From contig JBLDXI010000033.1 in assembly GCA_047495785.1 (NCBI GenBank), positions 310,001 through 374,000 on the forward strand: a stretch of 64,000 nucleotides of DNA, in the 5' to 3' direction. The DNA is from Lepidodermella squamata (lineage: Eukaryota > Animalia > Gastrotricha). The position numbers were made by a program, and so were the translations under genes. Numbering within the stretch: the stretch's first letter is position 1; every line of letters starts with the position of its first letter. The notes below the pieces were generated by a model. The model was not told the DNA's origin, made no database searches, and saw nothing but the letters and a program-made list of their open reading frames with translations. Below are positions 24,771 to 35,285 of the stretch, one piece after another.

Positions 24771-25847
24771 GCCTAAATTACAGAGATTGCGGTGAGCTTG
24801 ATATGTAAAAAAAATGTCAGCAGTCTAAAGGTGTTAAATTCGCTACGCCATGAGGGAAATTTGACTACACGCGCCGATGCGCATCCTGTGAAATTTCCTA
24901 GCAACACCTCGATTGGGTTGCTTTTTCAGGACCGGAAGTTTGGATTAGGTGCATGCATATTTTTTACATTGCGGATATTCCTTCAGCTTTTATATTTGCA
25001 GCCAATTTAAACTAGGACTTGTTTTGCTATTTTTTTGGCGAATCGATGTAATAGAGCACATAACGTTATTACCGGCTGGTGTGCGGCAAAGTAAGATATC
25101 GCATTATGGACGGGCGATTTCTTCGCTTCATTGAAGTTGTTATGGTTTTATAAAAAAAAATCGTAGCGTCACTAGATTTTTGGCCCTATTTCCTGACCCC
25201 CATTCCATTGAAGCCTTGCCTATACAAGCCAACTCATAAGTGCGTTTCACTATAGTAATGCCGAAGCAGACTGAGGACGTCTCCGGACAAAATATCGTGG
25301 TGAGCAATTTCACAAATAGGCTCAGTTGTTTTGCTGTTAACGTGATTAAATCAAGACACATTTTTCCGCTCCTGACTATCATTTTTTTCATCCTGATCAA
25401 TCCTATCTCATGATGGTAGTTGAGATGTTTATTTTTAAAGGATTTTTCTATCTTAAGAATGATATGTTTTTTCTCATTGTATTGAAAAACACAGACTCTG
25501 TGTTCAGTCATGGGAGATGAAAGCAAAAAGCAAGCACTGAAGATTTTGTAGACGCCTACATCACTGGCATGGTTTTTACATGTTTGTAGTATGTAAAAAC
25601 TGTGACGTCACAGGCCATATCCCTGTGATTTTCTGCACATATTCCCTACAGAGAAAATTCAAGATCAGCACTGAAGCATCATTCCCAATCAAGAAAATTC
25701 GAGAAATGAGATGCGATCAATGATAAATTGGAAATTTCACATTAAGGGCTATCGATTTTTCGGAAAAAGCAGGACAATGAGTTAAGCAAAGCTTAAAGAC
25801 AATTGCACGGAGAGAGATTCATACAATATTCATCGATAAGCATAACC

Positions 25848-27053
25848 ATGATGAATACACCCCAATTGCTGAGTTTCATTTCGCTGTACTACACTTCAGC
25901 ATATGCTGCTCGGCCGTTCGGCACAAGAACTGAAGGCTTACTTGCGAATTGCACTGAAAAAGTTTCATTCGAGTCTTATTCGCCAACATGCGTTGACGGT
26001 CGCATCAACCACGTCCATCATACAGATGAGGAGAGCATTTGTCTTCCAACTAAAGTCGAAATTTTACTACTACCTGAACGATTCCTCGAAATAGATGACA
26101 TCGCTGAATCATTCAGTATCTCAGGGTCCATCAGGCTATGGTGGCCTGTTATCTGCGAGAACTACAAGCTGCCATATGACGACACTCAATTTAACGTTGA
26201 GGATTCGGTTTTCTGGAGGCCACATGTATCCCACAAAAACGCAGTCGATAATTTCGGCCTGAAGGAAGGATTCACAGAACGGTTTTATGTCAAAGTTGCA
26301 AAGGCAAACGATCATAGAGTTCGGTTTGTTTGGCAGACCTACGGCGTGTTCACCTCGACGACAAAAATGGATTTCTCCCTATTCCCGTTCGATCAGCAAG
26401 TTTTAGCTATCGATTTGATTCTGCAGGAGAATGATCAAGGGGCGAATTTCGTCATCAACCAACAGCCGAAAGTTCTACCAGATTTCATGCCAACCGGTGT
26501 TAGCTGGTCGTTTTTGAGTCTCAAGGCTGAAACTGGCCTTGTTGAGATGAACAAAGGAAACAGGAGCTATGCTTCATTTTCTATGATATTCAATCGGAAA
26601 CCTGATTTTTACATCTATTCCTTAGCTATGCCATGCTGCTTGCTGACTAGTTTAGAATTAGGTGCTTTCCTTCTGCTGCCGAGTATGGCAGATCGGCCGG
26701 CGTTTGCTGTAACGATTCTCTTGGCATTGACCTTTCTTCAGGGCGAGATATTGGAGAGGGTACCTGCGAAACCTCAACGCTTTTTCCTAATCAATTACAC
26801 CGACATGTGTTCTGCGTTATCCTGGGTTTGTACAATTTATTCCCTGGCGAGTTGCGCTGCGGTTAAATCGCATTGGAAGACATGGTTCGGCCGAAGCATT
26901 TCCTGCACGATTCCGCTCGGGAAATACAAAGCTGTTGTCGCGGTGGCTCGAAGCCGCGTTATGGACCTGATTGCTTTTCTAATTGCTACTTGCTGTTTCT
27001 TAGCGATCAATTTGTATGCTCTTCATACTGCGATCTATGCTAACTATTTATGA
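25848..27053 (+). CDS. Divergent intronless pLGIC subunit, Cys-less loop (LGIC-2)
   Basis: TKMDFSLFPFDQQVL in place of C-x13-C; four TMs; M2 ADRPAFAVTILLAL; ATG at 25848. Confidence 0.88.
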   Translation: MMNTPQLLSFISLYYTSAYAARPFGTRTEGLLANCTEKVSFESYSPTCVDGRINHVHHTDEESICLPTKVEILLLPERFLEIDDIAESFSISGSIRLWWPVICENYKLPYDDTQFNVEDSVFWRPHVSHKNAVDNFGLKEGFTERFYVKVAKANDHRVRFVWQTYGVFTSTTKMDFSLFPFDQQVLAIDLILQENDQGANFVINQQPKVLPDFMPTGVSWSFLSLKAETGLVEMNKGNRSYASFSMIFNRKPDFYIYSLAMPCCLLTSLELGAFLLLPSMADRPAFAVTILLALTFLQGEILERVPAKPQRFFLINYTDMCSALSWVCTIYSLASCAAVKSHWKTWFGRSISCTIPLGKYKAVVAVARSRVMDLIAFLIATCCFLAINLYALHTAIYANYL

Positions 27054-27296
27054 TGATACATCCGAGCTTATTAAAATTTAACAAAAAACAAGGTCGCGGC
27101 GACGGGTAATATGTTTTTTTCATTGGCCTGAAAAATTACCATTCCCAAAAGATACATGAGACCTCAAAATTGGGCGGTTTCAGACGCCATAATAGGATTA
27201 TTGATTGTCAATGACATGCGCCATAATAGGATAAATGGACAAAAACCTAAAAGCAATAAGGCAATCCCATCATTTTAAGACCAGCGAGCTGTTTCG

Positions 27297-28508
27297 ATGA
27301 GAAACTGCAAAATAATGCGAATCATAACACTTCTCTGCTGTATAATGCCTTTCACCACAGCGTTTAGGCCATATGGTGCCCGGACCGAAGATCTGTTAGA
27401 CAACTGCACCGAGAAGGTATCTTTCGAGTCATACTCGCCAACTTGCACCGACGGTCGAATCAATCATGTTTTCCACGAAGATGAGGATAGCATGTGCCTA
27501 CCAACGAAAATTGAAATTTCGCTGTTCCCGGAGCGATTCTTAGAGATAGACGACATCACTGAGACTTTCAGCATTGCCGGATCAATCCGGCTTTGGTGGC
27601 TGGTTGTTTGCGAGAATTTCCAGCTACCCTACGATGATATGCAATTCAATGTGGATGCGACATTATTTTGGCGGCCTCATGTATCCCACAAGAACGCAAG
27701 AGAAAACTTTGGTCTCAGAGAAGGTTTCACCGAACGGTTCTACGTAAAGATTGCCAAAGCAAATGACAGCCGAGTTAGGTTTGTCTGGCAAAATTACGGC
27801 GTTTTTACATCGACATCAAAAATGGACTTCTCAATCTTCCCTTTCGACAAACAAGTTCTTTCAATTGATTTAATCCTGCAAGAAAACGATCAGGGTGCGA
27901 ATTTTGCGATTAGTCAAAAGCCAAAGATTCTTGCAGATTTCATGCCCCGTGGAGTCAGCTGGGCATTCACAAGTCTAAAGTCGAAAACTGGCCTGCTGGA
28001 AATGAACAAAGGGAATCGATCTTACGCGACATTCTCCTTCACTTTCACCCGAAAGCCTGATTTCTATCTTTATTCCCTTGCAATGCCTTGCTGTTTGTTG
28101 ACTAGCTTAGAATTAGGGTCTTTCCTTCTTCTACCAAGTATGTCAGACCGACCGGCCTTTGCTGTAACGATTCTTCTGGCGCTAACTTTTATGCAGGGTG
28201 AAATCTTGGAGAGAGTGCCTGTGAAGCCTCAGCGCTTTTTCATGATCAACTACACCGATATGTGTTCCGCTTTATCTTGGATCTGCACAATTTATTCGTT
28301 AGCAAGCTGTGCGGCTGTAAAGTCACAATTTCGGATTTGGTTTAGTGTCAGTGTGTTCATCACTATTCCTCTCGGAAAGAGGAGATTTGTTTCATCACTT
28401 TCAAGGAGTCGAGTCATGGACCTGTTCGCATTCGCCCTAGCGTTACTTAGCTTTGGAGCTATAAATCTTTATGCTGTTTATACCGCCAAGTCTGCAAATT
28501 ATATTTAA
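27297..28508 (+). CDS. Divergent intronless pLGIC subunit, Cys-less loop (LGIC-3; close paralog of LGIC-2)
   Basis: SKMDFSIFPFDKQVL; nearly colinear with LGIC-2. Confidence 0.88.
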   Translation: MRNCKIMRIITLLCCIMPFTTAFRPYGARTEDLLDNCTEKVSFESYSPTCTDGRINHVFHEDEDSMCLPTKIEISLFPERFLEIDDITETFSIAGSIRLWWLVVCENFQLPYDDMQFNVDATLFWRPHVSHKNARENFGLREGFTERFYVKIAKANDSRVRFVWQNYGVFTSTSKMDFSIFPFDKQVLSIDLILQENDQGANFAISQKPKILADFMPRGVSWAFTSLKSKTGLLEMNKGNRSYATFSFTFTRKPDFYLYSLAMPCCLLTSLELGSFLLLPSMSDRPAFAVTILLALTFMQGEILERVPVKPQRFFMINYTDMCSALSWICTIYSLASCAAVKSQFRIWFSVSVFITIPLGKRRFVSSLSRSRVMDLFAFALALLSFGAINLYAVYTAKSANYI

Positions 28509-28830
28509 TCTATCGAATTTTCCTTGATAGAGCTTGAGCAAGCGTCTAATAACAAAAATAAAACAACGACGACGCGTTTAGGGCTTTGACAAGTCGAACA
28601 TTTATTTGAGGTTACCTATTTGTAAATCTCAGATTTATTGCATATCTCAGGTTGCCTGCGTATCAGAAGCGCTTACCTGTTCAAAAAACAGAAGAGAATT
28701 TTATGAAGATTTTTATCGATTGTAAACAAAGCGCGGCCTTAAAACCGGATATTAAAAGCTCAATTTGTTTCTACTGTTCGATGAAGTTCGAATAGATTCA
28801 CAGCTCCGATTCAAACGACCAAATATCAAA

Positions 28831-29940
28831 ATGAAATTGCTTGTGATTTTTTTGCTTTTCAACTCCGCGACTGCTATTAGCCGTAGTAGGGGTGAGAAGT
28901 TACTGGAAACTTATCCTTTCTTCTCTTCAGAGTCCTACTCACCATCATGTCCGGAAGGACAGGCTATCGAAGGCGCAAAATGCGAGGTAACTTACGTGGA
29001 GCCAGAGTTTTTCATGCTATCTCTTGGTTTGGTCGACGATTACATGCAAACTATGTCAGTAAGAGGTGTCATGCAACTCACCTGGCGATTTCCGATTGAA
29101 AATGCCACGCATAAAACACGGGAGCGGCTGTTCCCTGATCCTAGCTTATTCTGGCGCCCGACTGTTTATCTCATAAACGGAGCTCAAGATTTAGGACTGG
29201 AAAATGGATTTGCGACCAAATTTCAATGCAACATTCAGCCTGATGTCATCAAATTTCAGACGCGTATTTCTGGACTATTCATAGCTACGTGTCAGATGGA
29301 TTTCGCAAGATTCCCTGTCGATGAACAAACCTGTAGGTTCATTTTCTCCATGAATGAAAACCCAAAATCAGCCCAGTTCACACCTGAGGGAATGACCTTT
29401 AAGGTCTTCAAAACTGACCCGATTACCGATACATGGATAGTTACTGATTACATGAATGAAACCACTGTCTACGACACCGATAGCAGTAGAAGTGCGGCAA
29501 TTTTCACAATTAAAATGCGTCGAAATCCCTCGTTTTACGTCATCAATTTCATGGAGCCTATCATCTGGTTAACAGCGCTGGAATTACTCGCTATACTAGA
29601 TCCTTCCGTTACCGACAGATCTGGTTTTACCGTCTCAATTGTAGTAGCATTGACCTTCCTGCAAGGCTACAGTTTCAACAATCTGCCTCAAATGCCGCAG
29701 AGAAATTTCTTGGGAGTTTTTATGAATCGATGCGCCTTAATTGCATGGTCATGCACGGCCTACACTTTGCTCGTTGCGAGTGCTCACAAAGCTTGGGGCG
29801 ATTGGATGACCAAAAAAATTAGCCTTATCGGGAAATTGAAGATTTCGAGATATCGAATATTGGACGGAATCTTTTTTCTGATTGGAGCAACTGTATTTAC
29901 CTTCATAATCGGTGATGCTTTCATCAATATACATAATTAA
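28831..29940 (+). CDS. Divergent intronless Cys-loop LGIC subunit (LGIC-4)
   Basis: CQMDFARFPVDEQTC; RRNP; M2 TDRSGFTVSIVVAL; ATG at 28831 gives a signal peptide. Confidence 0.9.
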   Translation: MKLLVIFLLFNSATAISRSRGEKLLETYPFFSSESYSPSCPEGQAIEGAKCEVTYVEPEFFMLSLGLVDDYMQTMSVRGVMQLTWRFPIENATHKTRERLFPDPSLFWRPTVYLINGAQDLGLENGFATKFQCNIQPDVIKFQTRISGLFIATCQMDFARFPVDEQTCRFIFSMNENPKSAQFTPEGMTFKVFKTDPITDTWIVTDYMNETTVYDTDSSRSAAIFTIKMRRNPSFYVINFMEPIIWLTALELLAILDPSVTDRSGFTVSIVVALTFLQGYSFNNLPQMPQRNFLGVFMNRCALIAWSCTAYTLLVASAHKAWGDWMTKKISLIGKLKISRYRILDGIFFLIGATVFTFIIGDAFINIHN

Positions 29941-30107
29941 CGACAGGCCCTAGACTGATGCTCTCTACCAGTCTGTTCAAACTGCGTGAGTAAATGTAAA
30001 CTATGTTTTTCGATGAGTTTTTCATTGACGTAGTGCTTTTTTCCGATCAATACTGAGCAAATAGCAGTTATTTTTAATTATCCATTTAACCCAAGTAAAA
30101 TAAGGGC

Positions 30108-31235
30108 ATGAGCTTAACATTTCTAATGAATGCGATTTGTATAGCAGTTGCTCTCAATGTTCTCGGCAATGTTCTCGGCCGAGATAAAAGCGGAGAATTT
30201 CTCGACAAATGTCCCACATTCTCTGCAGAATCCTACTCTCCGACGTGCGCTGAGGGGCAGTACAATGGTGCAATATGTAACATCACCTACATCGAGCCTG
30301 AGTTGTACATGCAATCGCTGGGCCTGATCGATGATCACTCGCAAACTTTATCAGTTCGCGGGGTGTTACAGCTAACTTGGCGCGTTCCTTGTCCTAATTT
30401 CCATTCAAAAAACAAGATCAAATTCTACCCAGAGGAACATCTATTTTGGCGCCCGTCAGTCAGCCATTTCAACTCGGCACTCGACCCTGGCCTAGTCAGT
30501 TCTTTCTCGACAAAGTTCCAATGTCGCCTCGAACCTGATACAAACAAATTCCAAATTAGAATTTCTGGCACTTTTGAAACAACTTGCGACATGGAGTTCA
30601 CGAAGTTCCCTGTGGATGATCAAAATTGCTCCTTCATTTTCATTCTCAACGAAAGCATTGTTGCAGCCCAATTTACTTCAGACGGGATGGTTCTGAAGCC
30701 CTTTGCCACGGATGCTTCAAAGAGCTCGTGGATTGCTGTAGATTTCGCAAATTTTACTACTTTCATTGAAACAGATGGAAGTCGAAGCGCGGCTGTTTTT
30801 ACAGTAAGAATCCGGCGGAATCCTTCTTTCTACGTAACTTACGTCATGGAACCGATATGCTGGTTGACAGCTCTTGAATTACTGGCTATATTAGACCCTT
30901 CTATCACCGATCGAGCTACCTTCACGGTCACAATCGTTGTAGCTTTGACGTTCTTGCAAGGTTACAGCGTTGATAAGCTGCCCCAGAAACCTCAGAAAAC
31001 CTTTCTAGGTATATTCATGAGCCAATGTTTTATCTTCGCATGGGGGTGTACAGCTTACACCTTGTTAGTCGCAAGTGCGGACAAATCTTGGCGGAACTTT
31101 CTATCTCAGAACGTAATAGTGAGACGAAAGTTCGCAATATCGCGTGGTCGAGTTGTGGATGCAATTTTCTTTTGTACAGGCGCTTGCGCTTACCTTTATA
31201 TTATAATCGGTGCTTTTGCAAGGCTAAATGAATGA
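30108..31235 (+). CDS. Divergent intronless Cys-loop LGIC subunit (LGIC-5; paralog of LGIC-4)
   Basis: CDMEFTKFPVDDQNC; M2 TDRATFTVTIVVAL. Confidence 0.9.
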   Translation: MSLTFLMNAICIAVALNVLGNVLGRDKSGEFLDKCPTFSAESYSPTCAEGQYNGAICNITYIEPELYMQSLGLIDDHSQTLSVRGVLQLTWRVPCPNFHSKNKIKFYPEEHLFWRPSVSHFNSALDPGLVSSFSTKFQCRLEPDTNKFQIRISGTFETTCDMEFTKFPVDDQNCSFIFILNESIVAAQFTSDGMVLKPFATDASKSSWIAVDFANFTTFIETDGSRSAAVFTVRIRRNPSFYVTYVMEPICWLTALELLAILDPSITDRATFTVTIVVALTFLQGYSVDKLPQKPQKTFLGIFMSQCFIFAWGCTAYTLLVASADKSWRNFLSQNVIVRRKFAISRGRVVDAIFFCTGACAYLYIIIGAFARLNE

Positions 31236-31573
31236 TCTTTTTTACTCATGAATAAACCATTATCATTCATATGCAATGAGATGAGAAATGATACCGGTGG
31301 CTGGTGTGTTTTTCTGCTAAACCAATGCGTATCATTAATTTTTTGTTCGTGCCTTGGACCGATCAATAAGTCTGTGCGTAAAAAAATAGTTCAGCGGGCT
31401 CAAATCCTTCCTTTCATTAGCCCATATTGATGTGTTTGACCTACATGAAAACATGAAAGGAAAAGCTATGATTTTTCCGCTGCCACATCCGAGGTGAAAG
31501 GCGTCATTGCAATACAGAAGCCTTTCAGAAATCTTGTACCGAATAACAAAATCTTGTAGTGTGGCGCGAAAAA

Positions 31574-33432
31574 ATGGTTGATAAGAACGATTTGGATATC
31601 TACAAAGCGATGAAGGACCGGAAAGAAGTCGTTGGTGCCGAACCAGACCCTGCGTTAAAAGAAGCCCAGTCCATCCTCCCACCCAATGAGTCGATAAAAT
31701 CCATCGAAATTATCAAGTCAGCCGTATTGGCGAGAGTTTCTTTTCTCGGAATGGTTTTGGACGATCCGAATGAAGACTTCACGACTGGTTTGTGCGCGCA
31801 GGCCAATCATTTGATCTACCTGTCGTCATTGGAATGGCAGAAGAAGCCTGACTGGATAAAAGAGACTGCTGAAACCCTAGCTATATGCGAGTACGCTGGT
31901 AAGTAAACCACAGTAAAACCGCCGCGATTATTATATAAATTCCAATGCTATCCAGAGGTATCCGCGCTTCTCTTGAGGAGATCTATCGAGAAAGGGCTGA
32001 ACTCGGATCCTAAGACTGAATTGTTTGCAAAAGAGCTTTATGGATCGCTGGTAAATTTCACGCAGGCCTCTGAAAACTTGTGCAAGGTAAGAATTTTCCT
32101 CATTAATCGGCGGCAACAAATTTAGTCCTTTAAGGGTCTTGCGAATCAAAATATCATTCAAACTCTTATATGCTTCCTTGGCCGTCCGCTTGCCTTGTCT
32201 GAATGCTTAAACGTGAGTTTTGTAGGGTAAATATCTCAACCATTTCGCAACTTTGACTCATAGAAACCGAAGCCTGAAGAATTCCTTAAACTATCTTTGG
32301 CCCTGTGCCTTAATCTGATCAGAGTACCATCCCTGGTACAAACCTTCATTGACCTCGATGATGAAATGGCGACCTTCCAGAAGTGCGCCGAGTACAAAGG
32401 CAACGATTTCGTTCGATGCTCCTCAGCTATATGTATTGCGCATGCTGAGCGCTGCATGAAAACCATCAACAATAAACTTCTGGACTCTATCATCTCTGCA
32501 ACTTATGGCGCTGCTTTCAGCGGGATTTCGATGTCGAGAGGGGTAACCTTGGACGCCCTAGCTGAAGCCATTGTCTCACTTGCGAACGATGACCATTACA
32601 AAGCTTTGATAATCACAAATAAGACGATCGATGCGATTATAAACAAGCTTCTAGCGGTGGAATCTTCTGAGAGGGAGCAACTTCAAGGGCTCCGTCTAGT
32701 CGAGCAATTCTGCTTGAAACAAGAGGGCAAAGACTTGATCCGGGCGAAATGTATCTCGGCGCTTCAAGATTTGGTGAAGAAGGGCAAGAACAAGCAAATT
32801 CAGCTTGGAGCCAAGCGGCAGGTGAACATAGTGAATTGCTGGGACAACTACTTTACTCTTGGTGCAGCGGGTGTTCCAACAGGCAATCACGTCTATTTAA
32901 GTTTCAATTGGCGACAAAAGGACTTGATCAAGTCAATACATGACAAGATGAAAGACCAGGGTTTGGAGAAGACCTGGTTTGACGAGGAAACCCAGTTTAG
33001 TGATGTCTACGAAGGCGTGGCGAAAGGCATCGGAGGCGCTCGGGTTATTTTGATTTTCTACTCCGAGGAATACTTTAAGAGCGCTAATTGTAGGAGAGAA
33101 GGTTAGTCAAATTTCAATCATAATTTCTTTCTTAATTTTCAATTTTCCTCAGCATCGATGGCCGCAGATGCCGGCAAGCAGATTGTACCGATATGCGTTC
33201 AGGCAGGGTATGTTAAGGCTTACTTTAGCCTCTCGATTCATTTACGTGCAATCTTTTCAGATTCAAGCCAGCCGGCTGGTTGAAGCACATTTTGAATGGA
33301 GACGAAGGTCATTCCATTGCCGCATCAAATCAGAAGGAAGCTATTGAAGATTTGATACGGGAAGTATGTCTGAAGTTATCAGCTGACCATGCCAGCAAAA
33401 ACTGCAGACGTGATGGCTGTCACGTATCTTAA
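31574..33432 (+). CDS. ARM-like helical repeat plus C-terminal TIR domain protein (exons 31574-31898, 31956-32086, 32135-32212, 32264-33101, 33153-33207, 33261-~33432)
   Basis: Five phase-compatible short GT-AG introns. TIR motifs HVYLSFNW...TWFDE...AKGIGGARVILIFYSEEYFKSANCRREA...KQIVPI...FKPAGWL. The N-terminal part is Leu-rich and helical. First and last exon limits are uncertain. Confidence 0.8.
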
Positions 33433-33872
33433 GTTGCCGCGTCAACAAATTATGACTAAAGTTGATAAATGCTGCATTCCGAGAATTCGAAAATTGAAGA
33501 AATAAAGAAAGTCTCTTTACTTTTCGAATCCTTTGCCGGAAAATATGCCGGACTGTTTTTGTCATGCTTCATCAATCGGGTTGTATTTGATGTTTTTGAC
33601 AATCTGACCTACACGCACTTATTATGTCGCGATTTATTAATCAAATTGTCCATCAATGAGTTTATTTGAATTCGTAATTGATATGACAAACGTCATCAAT
33701 CAGCTATCAGTTGTGTCCAGCGATCGATTATTTTAGCCGAGCGTAGGTGTTACAAAAACGCGCCGTCAAGTCCCTCTTGTCTCGGCCAAAATACGGCTAT
33801 TTATATGATTAAAAGATCATAAAATCCTGTTTTTATTAATTTTGGATATTCTTTGCGGAATTCCCTCTTAAA

Positions 33873-34235
33873 ATGAAAGCGCCAAATTTATGCTTACAAC
33901 TGATAATGGTAACCGCTGTGGTAGCCACAGCAAATTCAGAAAAGCCCACGGACATTGCACGTAAGTCGATCAAATTTTTCTACAGCAAAACACGAAAAGC
34001 TGACTGTATTGCAGGGTCAGTATTCGATGCCATGAGAAAGGGCGATCTAGATTCGATGCGAGTTCTCTCGAAAGAAATACGTAACAATGAACACACATGC
34101 CGATACGAAGCTTGCCTAGCGCTTTATAAATCGCCGCTGATTTGTAACAACCGAGGCGCGTTCTATTTATGGGCGAGGCGCATGGCTGCTACATTACTGA
34201 ATGACTTCAAATGCTTGCCTAATTCATTAGTTTGA
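33873..34235 (+). CDS. Small secreted Cys-containing orphan protein A
   Basis: Signal peptide; 120 aa; shares SMRxL..IRxN...C-x4-C...S..IC..RGAFYxWAR...KCL with the ORF at 34905. Confidence 0.7.
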   Translation: MKAPNLCLQLIMVTAVVATANSEKPTDIARKSIKFFYSKTRKADCIAGSVFDAMRKGDLDSMRVLSKEIRNNEHTCRYEACLALYKSPLICNNRGAFYLWARRMAATLLNDFKCLPNSLV

Positions 34236-34904
34236 AGTAGTCGCGCGAAACAGTAAATTATGAATTTTCATCAGTTCATGATCGGTTATTAGATTGCCTG
34301 TCGTTTCTCGTTCAAGATGCTGATGGTACAAACATCAATGTTGAGATCAAGACTGATGTGCCAAATGGAGATATGCTTGTTGAAGTGCATCGTTGTTCTT
34401 TCAACCATTACAAAGTGCACGAATGCGAAACGCATGAAATGCAAATGTACTTGACAAGTGATCGTATAATTCTCTCCGCTATAAGTATTTCACACGACTG
34501 CCAAGTATTCACTGACCTACAATTTATTTTTAAATTTGTCCTTCGAATACGGTGACTGAGGTGGTTTGGTGCATTAATACACTAAGCTGCTCGCAACTGA
34601 AGGCTATGTATTAAAATCAAATAGCGATTGTTATAAGCAGCATTGCGATAAGGTAAACTATCAGACAGTCCTGAGAGATGTTTACGAAAAATGGCACATC
34701 ACCCCCCTCTTGTCAGGAATGGATGACTTCCGAAATTTTCCAATTTCGACATTTGTTTCATTAGCCTCAGTCAATACGAGCTAATTGACTGCTCCTCCGC
34801 TAAATCAAGTGTCACATTTGTAATTGATGATGATAGATGAGGTCTATCTCGTTATCACGGCAAATTATTAAATAATCATTAATTCCAATTTTTTGCCGAG
34901 AGAA

Positions 34905-35186
34905 ATGAGCATTTTGGCGCTTATATTACTATCCAACTTTATCTACCTTTCTTTCCCAAGGAAGGATCAAGATTGGCTAACTATCAGTCGGTCTATGATG
35001 ACTAGCGATGAAGCTTCAATGAGGAAACTGGCCGAGAACATACGCCTGAACTATCAGGACTGTGCGATGCGAACATGTATGGATGTGTTTAGTTCCGCAT
35101 CAATTTGCTACTCAAGAGGGGCGTTTTACGTCTGGGCGAGGCTATTGGCTAAACAGCTGGCTAAAGATAAGTCAAAGTGCTTATGA
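34905..35186 (+). CDS. Small secreted Cys-containing orphan protein B (paralog of A)
   Basis: Hydrophobic N-terminus; four Cys and the RGAFYxWAR motif conserved with protein A. Confidence 0.7.
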   Translation: MSILALILLSNFIYLSFPRKDQDWLTISRSMMTSDEASMRKLAENIRLNYQDCAMRTCMDVFSSASICYSRGAFYVWARLLAKQLAKDKSKCL

Positions 35187-35285
35187 AAAAGACCTGAACA
35201 AACAAGCTAAATGAAACTATACGACATCAAGCATGAATTCGGAATTTTAGTTGCTCAGTTTTAATTTCGTCGAGTGTAGAAATAA

